Origin: a virus
Taxonomy: Duplodnaviria; Caudoviricetes
Strand: one strand, 5' to 3'
Virus record (IMG/VR): IMGVR_UViG_3300023055_000005
DNA: 64,000 nucleotides
Shown here: one piece after another, positions 35,587 through 44,529 of the stretch
Numbering within the stretch: the stretch's first letter is position 1
Layout: every line of letters starts with the position of its first letter
Program-made: the position numbers and the translations under genes
The notes under the pieces: model-generated
What the model saw: only the letters and a program-made list of their open reading frames with translations
What the model was told of the DNA's origin: nothing
Database searches by the model: none

Positions 35587-37869
35587 ATGCAGCGCCTCAA
35601 TATCGCCTCGCGTCCGCACAACCCCTACAAGCAGGGCATCGACAACCTGAAGTCGCTGGTTGCCAACCAGTCTGCCAACTTCGGCGGCAAGGAAGCAACC
35701 AACAACATCCTCTCGATGGAGAGCCTGAACGACAGCGCCTTCGCCAACCTGGAGCGCACCGCCGAAGGCATCGCGCTGAGCCTGGAAAGCCACTTCAGCG
35801 GCCTGGAAGCCGATGCTGCCATCAAGCTGACCCCGGCCCAGAAGACCGCCGGTGCCATGGTCGCCATGGCCTACGGCAACCCCGGCGAGTACCACAAGGC
35901 TGCGCTGACCCGCAAGGCCGTGTCGCAGGAAGGCGTGCGCATGTCCCACGCCAGCAACTTCGGCGCCGCCGGCCTGCTGGACTACACCGACCAGGTCGAG
36001 CCGGCGATGGAAGCCTTCGACGACCGCGAGCTGCAGAACTCGATGGCCTACTCCATCCAGTTCAACGTGGAAGCCGCCCGCCAGGACGACGCTTCCGAAC
36101 TGGCCTACCCGACCATCGTTGTCGGTCCGGACCAGGCTGCCATCGACGTCACCGTCGGTCGCTACCAGGTCCACAAGGAAATCCGTCGCAAGTCCGACGG
36201 CACCGAGACCAACTGGCACCTGCGCAACCTGATCGACGCGCACCGTGATGCCACCATCCTGGCCGACGAAGAAACCCGCGTCTACCCGGTCGTGGCCGGC
36301 GACGACAGCAACGCTGCTTCGTTCGTGGACGCCGCCATCGTTGGCGAGCGTACCGTCATCGTGTCGGGCTTCGACATCACCACCGCGCCGCTTGCCCTGC
36401 GCAAGAAGCACGAGATCATCGGCCTGTCCGCTCACCCGGAACTGATGGCCAACCAGATCCTGGACAACAGCGACGCGCTGGACGCCCGCCTGGCCCTGGA
36501 AACCCTGTACGTGCAGCTCGCCGACGGCGAAACCGGCGTGCCGGTCGACGTCAGCCGCCTGCCGCTGAACAGCTTCCTGAAGACCATCGAAGGTCAGAGC
36601 AAGGATCTGTCGCTGCGTTTCACCAGCGTCGGCATCACCCTGAACGCTGCGACCCGTACCGTCGACCAGTCGACCCCGGCCGTCGTTGCTGACCTGGCCA
36701 CCTCGAAGTACACCGTCAAGCTGCGCCTGCAGGCCTTCGGTGATGCGAACGTCCAGTACGCCACGGTGCGCGTGGATGCTCCGGAAGTCGAGGTCTACGC
36801 GATCCTGGACGAGAACTCCGATCTGGTCGACCTGAAGTCCGGCGCCGGCCTGGCGATCGTGGAAAAGCTGAAGGACGCCCGCATCGTCGGTTACGACCTG
36901 AAGGCCTACCGCACCAACAGCAACCGCCGTACCCGCGGCATGCAGCTGGACGTCCAGTGGGAAACCGAGCGTTACGTGATTCCGCTGGGTTCCCCGATCA
37001 GCGCCCCGAGCCCGATCACCGCCTCGCGCGATGCCTCGGACCTGAAGGCCCTGACCAACGCCGTCCGCATCCGCAACAGCAACAACGCGATCACCACCCT
37101 GTTCAACTACGCTGCCGCGCTGCGTGACTACGTCGCCGGCCCGCAGATCAAGGGCTCGATCGCGCCGCTGGAAGGCATGGGCCGCTTCCTGGTGACCCCG
37201 TTCTACGAAGAACTGGAACTGGACCTGGAGAAGGAAATCAACTCCATCCGTTCCTGGGACAAGGCGTTCGACGTGTCGGCCTGCCTGGTCAACGCGGTGC
37301 GTGACATCACCTACCGCATGTACCAGAAGTCCGGCTACCAGCAGGCGCTCGACGCGCACGCCGGTTCGGGCAACAAGCCGGTCCTGGGTCTGATCACCGA
37401 CCAGGTCATCACCCGTCACCTGATGGTGCAGGGCGATACCCGTACCTGGGCGACCGTGTTCGACGAGGCCAAGCAGGCCGTGTCGGTGGACAGCCGCATC
37501 GACGGCCACATCGTCATGTTCTTCACCCGTCCGTCCGCGCAGGGTGCCGATCCGCTGAACTTCGGCAACTTCGCCTGGATCCCGGAACTGACCAGCTCGG
37601 TGATGGTGAACCGCAACGGCGCCACCATCAAGGAAGCGATGGTCCAGCCGCGTGCGCGTCACTTCAACAACTGCCCGATCATGGCGATCATCAAGGTCAA
37701 GAACCTGGACAAGGTGCTGACCCTGAAGTCGACCGTGGCCGTGGACAGCACCGACGTGACCCCGGTCGTCGATCCGGGCACGGGCGCTGGCGGTGGCACC
37801 GGCAACGGTGGCAACACCGGCGGTGGCACCGGCGGCAACGGCGGCACCGGTGGCGGCACCGGCCCGTAA
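35587..37869 (+). CDS. major capsid protein (phiKZ gp120-like)
   Basis: 760 aa; extreme codon bias; SME/SLE/AME propeptide sites; AMEAFD, YPTIVV, YSIQFN and YVIPLGSPI motifs; AAGGA RBS; synteny with helicase and RNAP genes. Confidence 0.88.
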   Translation: MQRLNIASRPHNPYKQGIDNLKSLVANQSANFGGKEATNNILSMESLNDSAFANLERTAEGIALSLESHFSGLEADAAIKLTPAQKTAGAMVAMAYGNPGEYHKAALTRKAVSQEGVRMSHASNFGAAGLLDYTDQVEPAMEAFDDRELQNSMAYSIQFNVEAARQDDASELAYPTIVVGPDQAAIDVTVGRYQVHKEIRRKSDGTETNWHLRNLIDAHRDATILADEETRVYPVVAGDDSNAASFVDAAIVGERTVIVSGFDITTAPLALRKKHEIIGLSAHPELMANQILDNSDALDARLALETLYVQLADGETGVPVDVSRLPLNSFLKTIEGQSKDLSLRFTSVGITLNAATRTVDQSTPAVVADLATSKYTVKLRLQAFGDANVQYATVRVDAPEVEVYAILDENSDLVDLKSGAGLAIVEKLKDARIVGYDLKAYRTNSNRRTRGMQLDVQWETERYVIPLGSPISAPSPITASRDASDLKALTNAVRIRNSNNAITTLFNYAAALRDYVAGPQIKGSIAPLEGMGRFLVTPFYEELELDLEKEINSIRSWDKAFDVSACLVNAVRDITYRMYQKSGYQQALDAHAGSGNKPVLGLITDQVITRHLMVQGDTRTWATVFDEAKQAVSVDSRIDGHIVMFFTRPSAQGADPLNFGNFAWIPELTSSVMVNRNGATIKEAMVQPRARHFNNCPIMAIIKVKNLDKVLTLKSTVAVDSTDVTPVVDPGTGAGGGTGNGGNTGGGTGGNGGTGGGTGP

Positions 37870-37965
37870 CTGATTTGGGATGCTGGGTGGTAGGCAAATC
37901 CGCCACCCACGCATTTCAGAACAGGAACACCAAGTTCTACCTGCATTTCTGGCAGTACGGTGGAT

Positions 37966-38009
37966 CAGAGGAGGAGCTTCGGCTCCTCCTCTGGTTTTTC
38001 CTTTATGCC
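37966..38009 (+). terminator. capsid gene terminator
   Basis: CAGAGGAGGAGC-TTCG-GCTCCTCCTCTG, then TTTTT and TATGCC. Confidence 0.85.
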
Positions 38010-38032
38010 GTCATCCAAAAAATCTTGAACCA

Positions 38033-38040
38033 TACATCAT
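38033..38040 (+). promoter_or_regulatory. early-type promoter candidate
   Basis: TACATCAT with upstream AAAAAATC; variant of TAYATYAC. Confidence 0.45.
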
Positions 38041-38106
38041 TGAGGTGTAACAGGAAAGTTACGACCAAATCGATTTGGAAGTTCCAAAGAAATCTTAGGG
38101 GATACC

Positions 38107-39198
38107 ATGGGTAGAGTATTCCGTGCAGTGGTTACTCGGGAGAGCGAGAACCTGCGCGTGGATTCAAACAAGCGAATGGCTGCGGAAAATCCCTCCTGGT
38201 ATGGTAAGGAAATCACGTTCCACAACGGTCTCGGGATCACCGTTGATGCAACTGACGTACTGGGGGTAAAAGCTAGTGTACCTTCTTATTCGCGTAAGAA
38301 GATAGACGGGATATTTGAGATCGTAATCGTTTACAGGTGGCATCAATCTGTAAATGTCGACATCTCCTCAGTATCTTCTGGAGTAGCCGAAAATCAGACA
38401 AGAGTGCGCAAGGCACTTATTGATGCACTGGACAATTCGCGAGAGATGCAGGAGAAGTTCCGGCGTACTCGCAGCCTACACATCACCTTCACTCGTGAAG
38501 ACCTCCGAGACAACGGTGGTGCGTTCTACATCCGAGAAATCGACATGGTCGTTTCGGAGGCAGACTTGGACAGTGTCATCATTCATCCGCGGTCTGTGGA
38601 AAGCAATATCGAACGACTGTATGCCAAAGACAAGGAAGAAGCACGAGATGGCTTCTTCGGATTCAACATCAAGCTTGTCGACAATCATGGTAAACATGGC
38701 ACGCAGTATCTCAATCTCAATGGCGTCGTCCACGATGTCCACCCTGTGAGCGCACCAGGGGTCGATGACGGCGTTTATGTCCTTACGCGTCCGCCAGCAA
38801 CGGCGGGGTCAAACTTCCCATCCACTCCAGTTCTGGATTGGTGCACTCTTGAAGATGCAAGGAAGAAGTATCGTCTCTATGGGAGCTATCGTGAAGCCGA
38901 CTCACTCGGCGACTGGAAGGCAGAACAAGAGCGCAAGCGGGAAGAGGCAACGCAACAATTCAAGACAAAGGACATGGAGAACGTCCACACGCTGACAGAG
39001 ATCAAACGCGAATCTGATCTCGTGACGCACCACAGGAATCTGGAAATGCAACTCAGGAAGGAACGATCTGAAGAGGTCTCACTATCCCGACGCGAGCATA
39101 CGGAGTTCTGGAAATCAATGCCAGCAGTACTGACAGCGATCGGTGTGATTGTCGCTAGTGTTAAGACATTCTCGATGTTTGGCAATAACAAGAGTTAG
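38107..39198 (+). CDS. conserved hypothetical protein with C-terminal coiled coil and TM segment
   Basis: 363 aa; ends AVLTAIGVIVASV; lies between the capsid and RNAP genes as in phiKZ-like phages. Confidence 0.7.
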   Translation: MGRVFRAVVTRESENLRVDSNKRMAAENPSWYGKEITFHNGLGITVDATDVLGVKASVPSYSRKKIDGIFEIVIVYRWHQSVNVDISSVSSGVAENQTRVRKALIDALDNSREMQEKFRRTRSLHITFTREDLRDNGGAFYIREIDMVVSEADLDSVIIHPRSVESNIERLYAKDKEEARDGFFGFNIKLVDNHGKHGTQYLNLNGVVHDVHPVSAPGVDDGVYVLTRPPATAGSNFPSTPVLDWCTLEDARKKYRLYGSYREADSLGDWKAEQERKREEATQQFKTKDMENVHTLTEIKRESDLVTHHRNLEMQLRKERSEEVSLSRREHTEFWKSMPAVLTAIGVIVASVKTFSMFGNNKS

Positions 39199-39226
39199 CA
39201 GTAACCATCCTTATCCCGAGGAAGAG

Positions 39227-40849
39227 ATGACGGACAAACATTACTCCAGGCTGCTCAGGGAAGTCACTCCACGACTTAACCCTGACATTGCAAACGGTCT
39301 GGCAACCAAGCATGTGCCTTACGTGGACAAGATGGTGGATGACATCTTCCGCACCGCAGCCGCCGGGTTCCCCGAAGGGCTGAAGTACGAAGGTTTCGCC
39401 CGCTGCACTCCGCGTGAGTGGTTCAAGGAGATCACCAAGCGGGTCAACAGCCAAAGGACTTGGGAAACTGCACGAACCTCCGCACACCTGAACAAGTACA
39501 TGTTCAGTTACATGGGTCAGCTGCTTGACCCCAGATTCATCTTCCTGCCCAACGTCATGGACGGCGGACTGATGTATCTGCGCGGCTCGTTGTTTGCGGT
39601 AGCGCCCGTACTGGCCGACCGCGTGTTCAGCATCAACGCAACATCGATCTTTATCCCATTGCAAGGCGCCAAGCTCACCTTTGAGCGAATGTATTACACC
39701 TTCATGCGTGACGGCATACAGGTGGATGCGCACTTGATCCACGCCTCGTTGTACAACCACACGGCGGAGGGCAAAGCGGAACTGGCTCGCCAGCCGATCC
39801 GTGGGGATTCGACGATGGCACACTACCTGTTCTGTCGCTACGGTGTGGAAGAGACCTTCAAGCGTTACGGAGGCACTGACATCATCGTGGGCGACTCGGC
39901 AACGATCAACGAGGAAGCGTACCCGGCCAAAGACTGGGTTATCTTCACCTCGGCACAGATCAAGCCACAGGGCGTTCGTCTGAAGATAGGTCACCCGGTC
40001 ACGGACATCCGCATGGCTATCCCTCGGGAGAACTATTCGGACGCAGTACACATCCTGGTCGGTAGTTTCTTCTATGCCATCGACCACTTCCCGGAACGGT
40101 TCCCGCTGGAGTTCGCGCTTGACATCACCCGATGGCAACTCGCGCTCGGCATCTTCCTGTTCGGCGAAGGGCAGAGCGAAGGTAAAATCCTGGAGCGCCT
40201 CGACGATCACCTTGCATCGCTCGATACCTACATGGATCGCAACTCCCGCAAGAAGCTGTTGGAAGACGGCGTAATTGTGGAGACGGTCTACGACCTGTTC
40301 TTCCACATGATCGACACCTTCCATAGCCGGCTGACCGGTAATGCAAAGGACATTGCCAGCATGTACGGCAAGCAGTTTGTGATCCTGAGGTACATCGTCT
40401 TCGATATCAACAAGGCGATCTACAACTTCAGCTTCAACCTGCGCAACTCGAAGAAGCCGATCTTGAATCCCAAGGAGATCAACGCCGAGCTTCGGCGTAA
40501 TCTGCGGACTGACCTGATCTTCCAGCTCAATCAGCCCACGCACAACGAAGTTACTTCGGTAACGTGCCCTGGTGACAACAAGGTCTTCAAGATCACTGCA
40601 CGACTGGTGGCCCAGACCAGTACGACAGGTGGTCGCGGTGGTAACAAGGGAAGCATGAGCGACCCCGCACGACAGCTGCACTCCTCCATGGCGGAGGTGG
40701 GTAGTTTCCGAAACATGTCTAAGAGTGATCCCACCGGCCGGGACCGTGCCAATGTGTACGTGCGCCTGTCCCATGACGGACTGGTGGAAAGGTCGCCAGC
40801 ACTTCGTCCGATCCTGGATGATGTGCAACAAAGAATCCAACGGCGTTAA
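39227..40849 (+). CDS. non-virion RNA polymerase beta-like subunit (phiKZ gp123-like)
   Basis: FIFLP...GGLMYLRG, APVLADRVFS and HSSMAEVGS...KSDPTGRDRAN; position two genes after the capsid gene. Confidence 0.78.
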   Translation: MTDKHYSRLLREVTPRLNPDIANGLATKHVPYVDKMVDDIFRTAAAGFPEGLKYEGFARCTPREWFKEITKRVNSQRTWETARTSAHLNKYMFSYMGQLLDPRFIFLPNVMDGGLMYLRGSLFAVAPVLADRVFSINATSIFIPLQGAKLTFERMYYTFMRDGIQVDAHLIHASLYNHTAEGKAELARQPIRGDSTMAHYLFCRYGVEETFKRYGGTDIIVGDSATINEEAYPAKDWVIFTSAQIKPQGVRLKIGHPVTDIRMAIPRENYSDAVHILVGSFFYAIDHFPERFPLEFALDITRWQLALGIFLFGEGQSEGKILERLDDHLASLDTYMDRNSRKKLLEDGVIVETVYDLFFHMIDTFHSRLTGNAKDIASMYGKQFVILRYIVFDINKAIYNFSFNLRNSKKPILNPKEINAELRRNLRTDLIFQLNQPTHNEVTSVTCPGDNKVFKITARLVAQTSTTGGRGGNKGSMSDPARQLHSSMAEVGSFRNMSKSDPTGRDRANVYVRLSHDGLVERSPALRPILDDVQQRIQRR

Positions 40850-40874
40850 GCCAAGAACTGCGGAGTAAGCCCAG

Positions 40875-43106
40875 ATGTCACGTTCACGTTCCCGCCTTCC
40901 CGTCGATCCGGAGTTTGTCGACAAAGGCTATTTTGTCCGTGGGTTGCCCGAGCGCATCCCGGATCGCTACATCCCCAATATCCAAATCCCCGGCGCCATC
41001 GAGCGCGACCTGCCGTTGATCGCAGGCGTCGTACTGCAGGAACTGCAGGCCGACTACGGTCGTCATGAGCTGCGTACGTTCCTGTACAACATGATGGCCG
41101 AGAACGAATTCGACAACAAGGACTACGACCAGCTCGTCGGTTCTGTCGCCGAAGCGTTCTTCTTCTTCTTCGAAGGCGAGCGCATGGAAGCCCCCGATGC
41201 GCTGCGCAAGGCAACCCAGGTGGTGCTGCGCTTCACCATGGCGCTGTACGTGGAGAAGTATCCCGAGCTGGACGAGTACGTCGACGGCAAGATGGATCGC
41301 GAACTGCGTGATGCCATGGACGACGGTCGTGACCTCATCGCTGACATCGAAGACTTCAACCGTGGTTCGCGCCGTGGTCGTGGTCGCGATGACCGTGATG
41401 ACCGCGGTCGTGGTCGTGGCGACGATCGTGACGATCGCCGTGGTGGTCGTAGTCGTGGTCGCGAAGATGGTGGTTACCGTGGTAATGGTAGCCGTGGTTA
41501 CGGTGGCAGCCGTCGTCGTGATGAAGAAGACGACACCGATGCAACGGCAACTCGCCGTGGCGGCATGGCTGGTGTGGTGCGTGCGTCGAGCAAGGACAAT
41601 CGCGATGACCGCCCCAGTCGTGATGAGCGTAGCAGCCGTCGTGACACCCCGCGTGAAGACCGCAGCCGCGAGTTCTCCTCCGGTGGCGTGGAAGAACGTG
41701 GTGGCAACGATCTGCATGCCGTGGAAGAAGAACTGCATGCCAGCCCGCGTGGCCACAACTACCAGAACCACGAAGCACAGCGCAAGGCCGATGCAACTCC
41801 GTCGCGCCCGATGCCGAAGCTGTTTGATCGCAGCAAGGGCACCGTGGTCTCGGCCGATACCGTCGACAAGGACGCAACCCTGCGTGCCAACATCCGTGCC
41901 GGCCGTCCCTACGACCGCGTGGACCTGGAAGACGGTTCCTTCGTCATCCCGGAAGTGCTGAGCACCTACAAGAAGACCTTCAGCCCGGAGCAGCCGTTCG
42001 CTCTGGTGTACGATCCCAACCTCTTCGTCAAGTTCCACCGGGTCTATCCCGATGGTCGTGTCGATGAAGTTGTCAAAGAGCGAAATGCCGACATGGACTA
42101 CCTGGACCTGGAAACCGACGAGAACCGCAAGAGCAAGGCGCAGCATCAGCGTCGCCAGGGTCGTGTCGACCCGCGCTTCGACCTGGTCGCCAACATGCAC
42201 AAGAAGGGCGAAAAGATGGTCGGCGTCGAGCTGGCCGCACCGAGTGGCGAAGTGACCGAAGGCAGCGAAGAAAGCACCTTCGACAACCTGGTCTTCGGTC
42301 CGGACACCGAGATCGGCGAAGTGGCTACCACCGTGCCGGCAATGTCGGTGGCTCAGGCCATTGCCATGACCGAAGTGGTGGCAGTTGAAGATGAAGGTGA
42401 AGACACTCCCAAGGAGTTCTACATCGACATCCTCACCCCGCACCTGGTGGAAGCCAACCTGATCGGTACGTTCCTGGCCATCGGCAAGGAAAAGACCGTG
42501 CAGGCTGCACTGGCCAAGTTCAGCCAGCTGCAGGGCCAGGAAGATGTGCCGGTCCGTCTGTGGCATCAGCTCAACGATGCGCTGACCGCTCGCATCAACT
42601 ACGTGCTGAAGAACTCGATGGGGCTGAGCTGGACCATCGATACCGCTGCTGACGACTTCGGCGATCTGCTGAAGGCGATGCAGGCCAAGGCAAGTGTGGG
42701 CGTGGCTGCTGCCAACCTGCTGAACTCCAAGGTCGACGAGGTGTTCAACTCGGTCATGCGTGTTCTGAAGGACGAAGAGCTGGCTCGCTTCGCTGAAGAG
42801 TACGGCAAGGCTGGTGCAGGCATGCATTGGCTGGTCTTCGCTCGTCGCCAGTCGGTGACGCTGCTGAGCTGGTCCAGTGCTGACATGGGTCCGTCGCTGG
42901 TCAACGGTGGCGTGGTGTCCGAACAGCTGTACCCGGCACTGCACGCTTCGCTGGATCGTCTGCTGCAGCGCACGGCGATCGTGGGTGGTGAGTTCTGCCA
43001 TCGCTACCTGGTCACCGAAGACAACGTGGCGTTCGATCTGCAGGTCGGCTTCTTCAACAACAGCCATTACGTGCTGACGCCGTCCAAGGTTGACATCATG
43101 GGCTAA
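40875..43106 (+). CDS. conserved core hypothetical protein with a central R/G/D-rich low-complexity region
   Basis: 743 aa; RRGRGRDDRDDRGRGRGDDRDDRRGG tract. Confidence 0.75.
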   Translation: MSRSRSRLPVDPEFVDKGYFVRGLPERIPDRYIPNIQIPGAIERDLPLIAGVVLQELQADYGRHELRTFLYNMMAENEFDNKDYDQLVGSVAEAFFFFFEGERMEAPDALRKATQVVLRFTMALYVEKYPELDEYVDGKMDRELRDAMDDGRDLIADIEDFNRGSRRGRGRDDRDDRGRGRGDDRDDRRGGRSRGREDGGYRGNGSRGYGGSRRRDEEDDTDATATRRGGMAGVVRASSKDNRDDRPSRDERSSRRDTPREDRSREFSSGGVEERGGNDLHAVEEELHASPRGHNYQNHEAQRKADATPSRPMPKLFDRSKGTVVSADTVDKDATLRANIRAGRPYDRVDLEDGSFVIPEVLSTYKKTFSPEQPFALVYDPNLFVKFHRVYPDGRVDEVVKERNADMDYLDLETDENRKSKAQHQRRQGRVDPRFDLVANMHKKGEKMVGVELAAPSGEVTEGSEESTFDNLVFGPDTEIGEVATTVPAMSVAQAIAMTEVVAVEDEGEDTPKEFYIDILTPHLVEANLIGTFLAIGKEKTVQAALAKFSQLQGQEDVPVRLWHQLNDALTARINYVLKNSMGLSWTIDTAADDFGDLLKAMQAKASVGVAAANLLNSKVDEVFNSVMRVLKDEELARFAEEYGKAGAGMHWLVFARRQSVTLLSWSSADMGPSLVNGGVVSEQLYPALHASLDRLLQRTAIVGGEFCHRYLVTEDNVAFDLQVGFFNNSHYVLTPSKVDIMG

Positions 43107-43112
43107 GGCCTG

Positions 43113-43134
43113 GCGGGGAGGGAAACTTCCCCGC
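43113..43134. terminator. GAAA-tetraloop hairpin after the 40875 gene
   Basis: GCGGGGAGG-GAAA-CTTCCCCGC; followed by an A-rich rather than T-rich tract. Confidence 0.55.
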
Positions 43135-43166
43135 TGTAAAAAGAAACAGCGATACGCAATAATGTG

Positions 43167-43350
43167 GAGCTAGAGTTCCTTTCCTAGTGCTCGAACCTCC
43201 TGACGTGTAGCCCGACCATGGGCGTTGGATTAGCGACGGTTGATCCTTCATGACTGCACGCGCCGCCTTAACCACCTTGGGGCACCGCGGTAGTCTATCC
43301 ACGTCACAACCTGCATATCCCCTGCCATCGTTTAAGGACGGTGGTGGGGG
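43167..43350 (+). ncRNA. candidate stand-alone structured non-coding RNA
   Basis: 5' hairpin, three-way junction closed by TGACGTG/CACGTCA, and a 12-bp 3' hairpin before TGCTTTTT; many G-U pairs that only work on the + strand. Confidence 0.55.
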
Positions 43351-43387
43351 AGTGCTTTTTATGCCCTTATCCCCAATGGAGTTGTCC

Positions 43388-44398
43388 GTGAATACCCCGA
43401 TGTTTTCCCTCGAAGACGATACCAACACCGTCTACGACCGCACTCCCGTGATGGCAACCATTGGTTCCCGTCTGGCCAGTTTCAACGATCGGATGGAATA
43501 CCGCAATCTGGAAACCCGTCTGGTCGTCAGCCACGAAGCAGCGCAGGAGCATGTGCCTGCTGACTTCGTTGCAATCGAATTCGAACAGTTCCCCACTGAG
43601 GATGAGACCTTCTCCATCCGGCAGGAACTGATCATGTCCGGCCTGTACATGCGTGCCCATCTCGATCCGGGTAAGCAGACCATCGAATCTACCCAGATCA
43701 CCGTCGGCATGTTGGAGGTCATGTGGACTCCTCTGTATGACAACCTGGTCGAGATCATCGAACGTATCAAGCAGCCCCTGCGGGTTCGCCGCTTCACCAT
43801 CACCAAGACCGACGAACTTGGCGAGACCACCGCTTCCTTCTTCATGTCCGCCTACAGCGTACCGCGGGCAAATCAGGACATGGTCCTTGACGAAATCGGC
43901 CTGCCGATGCGCGTCAAGCTCAACGAAGCGCTGGCCTCTGACGGATTCAACTACGCACTGGCCTACTCCAAGACGGTTGGTGAGCGTGTCTACGTGTTCA
44001 TCGAGGAAACCGATCCGGGTGCCGGTAAGGAACTGAGTACGGTTATCCTGAGCACCGATGACTACAACGACATCATCGCCAGAGCAGAAAGCGATCCGTT
44101 GATGCTCCCGGCGGCCAATCAGCTGCACATGCGTACGGAACTGTTGACGAAGATCATCGACAAGCATGTCCGCAAATTGCAGTACACCCTCGGTGGGCCG
44201 AGTGAGTATCCGGATATGTCCTACGACTCCTTCACCGGCCTGCAAATGGAACTGGAGCACAACGGCTTCATCGCCGCCGCCGCCAAGCTGCACTCCATGG
44301 GGGGTGTCGATAAGGTCATTCGTGGCAGTCAGGTTTCGCACCTGTACGTCATGCTGACCATGGCTGACTATGCCGACGAGCATAGCGCCATTCTCTAA
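43388..44398 (+). CDS. probable head-associated virion protein
   Basis: TATG site and TGGAG RBS before GTG43388; N-terminal FSLE protease-type site; next to the portal. Confidence 0.6.
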   Translation: MNTPMFSLEDDTNTVYDRTPVMATIGSRLASFNDRMEYRNLETRLVVSHEAAQEHVPADFVAIEFEQFPTEDETFSIRQELIMSGLYMRAHLDPGKQTIESTQITVGMLEVMWTPLYDNLVEIIERIKQPLRVRRFTITKTDELGETTASFFMSAYSVPRANQDMVLDEIGLPMRVKLNEALASDGFNYALAYSKTVGERVYVFIEETDPGAGKELSTVILSTDDYNDIIARAESDPLMLPAANQLHMRTELLTKIIDKHVRKLQYTLGGPSEYPDMSYDSFTGLQMELEHNGFIAAAAKLHSMGGVDKVIRGSQVSHLYVMLTMADYADEHSAIL

Positions 44399-44433
44399 GA
44401 ACACAAGTCTCGCCTGGTGACATAGGCGCTTTT

Positions 44434-44484
44434 GCCCACTCCTATCCGGGGGGTGGGCACTTTTTTGCCGTCTCTTTTTTTTTG
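44434..44484 (+). terminator. + strand terminator
   Basis: GCCCACTCC/GGGGTGGGC stem, then TTTTTT and TCTCTTTTTTTTTG. Confidence 0.8.
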
Positions 44485-44491
44485 TCTTCGC

Positions 44492-44521
44492 GGCATAAAG
44501 GGAGGCCCCGAAGGGCCTCCC
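44492..44521 (-). terminator. portal gene terminator (hairpin plus TATGCC on the - strand)
   Basis: GGGAGGCCC-CGAA-GGGCCTCCC; on the - strand identical to the 5997 hairpin. Confidence 0.75.
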
Positions 44522-44529
44522 AGTTCCTA

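Noticed and set aside
37860-38114. Possible -1 frameshift or readthrough extension of the capsid protein into the 79-aa downstream ORF
   Set aside because: No slippery heptamer seen; readthrough hits TAG within 8 codons; the -1 frame crosses terminator and promoter DNA and has poor codon usage
33276-40849. Inteins or introns in the helicase, capsid or RNAP genes
   Set aside because: The ORFs are continuous and of ordinary length, with no intein C/HN boundary motifs or LAGLIDADG insertions seen
43201-43306. tRNA, or homology to phi29 pRNA, for the structured RNA
   Set aside because: No D/anticodon/T arms or CCA end; short word matches to pRNA are not evidence of homology
43250-43387. N-terminal extension of the 43250 track ORF through the intergenic structure
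   Set aside because: It crosses a terminator-like hairpin; the better RBS and TATG site lie before GTG43388
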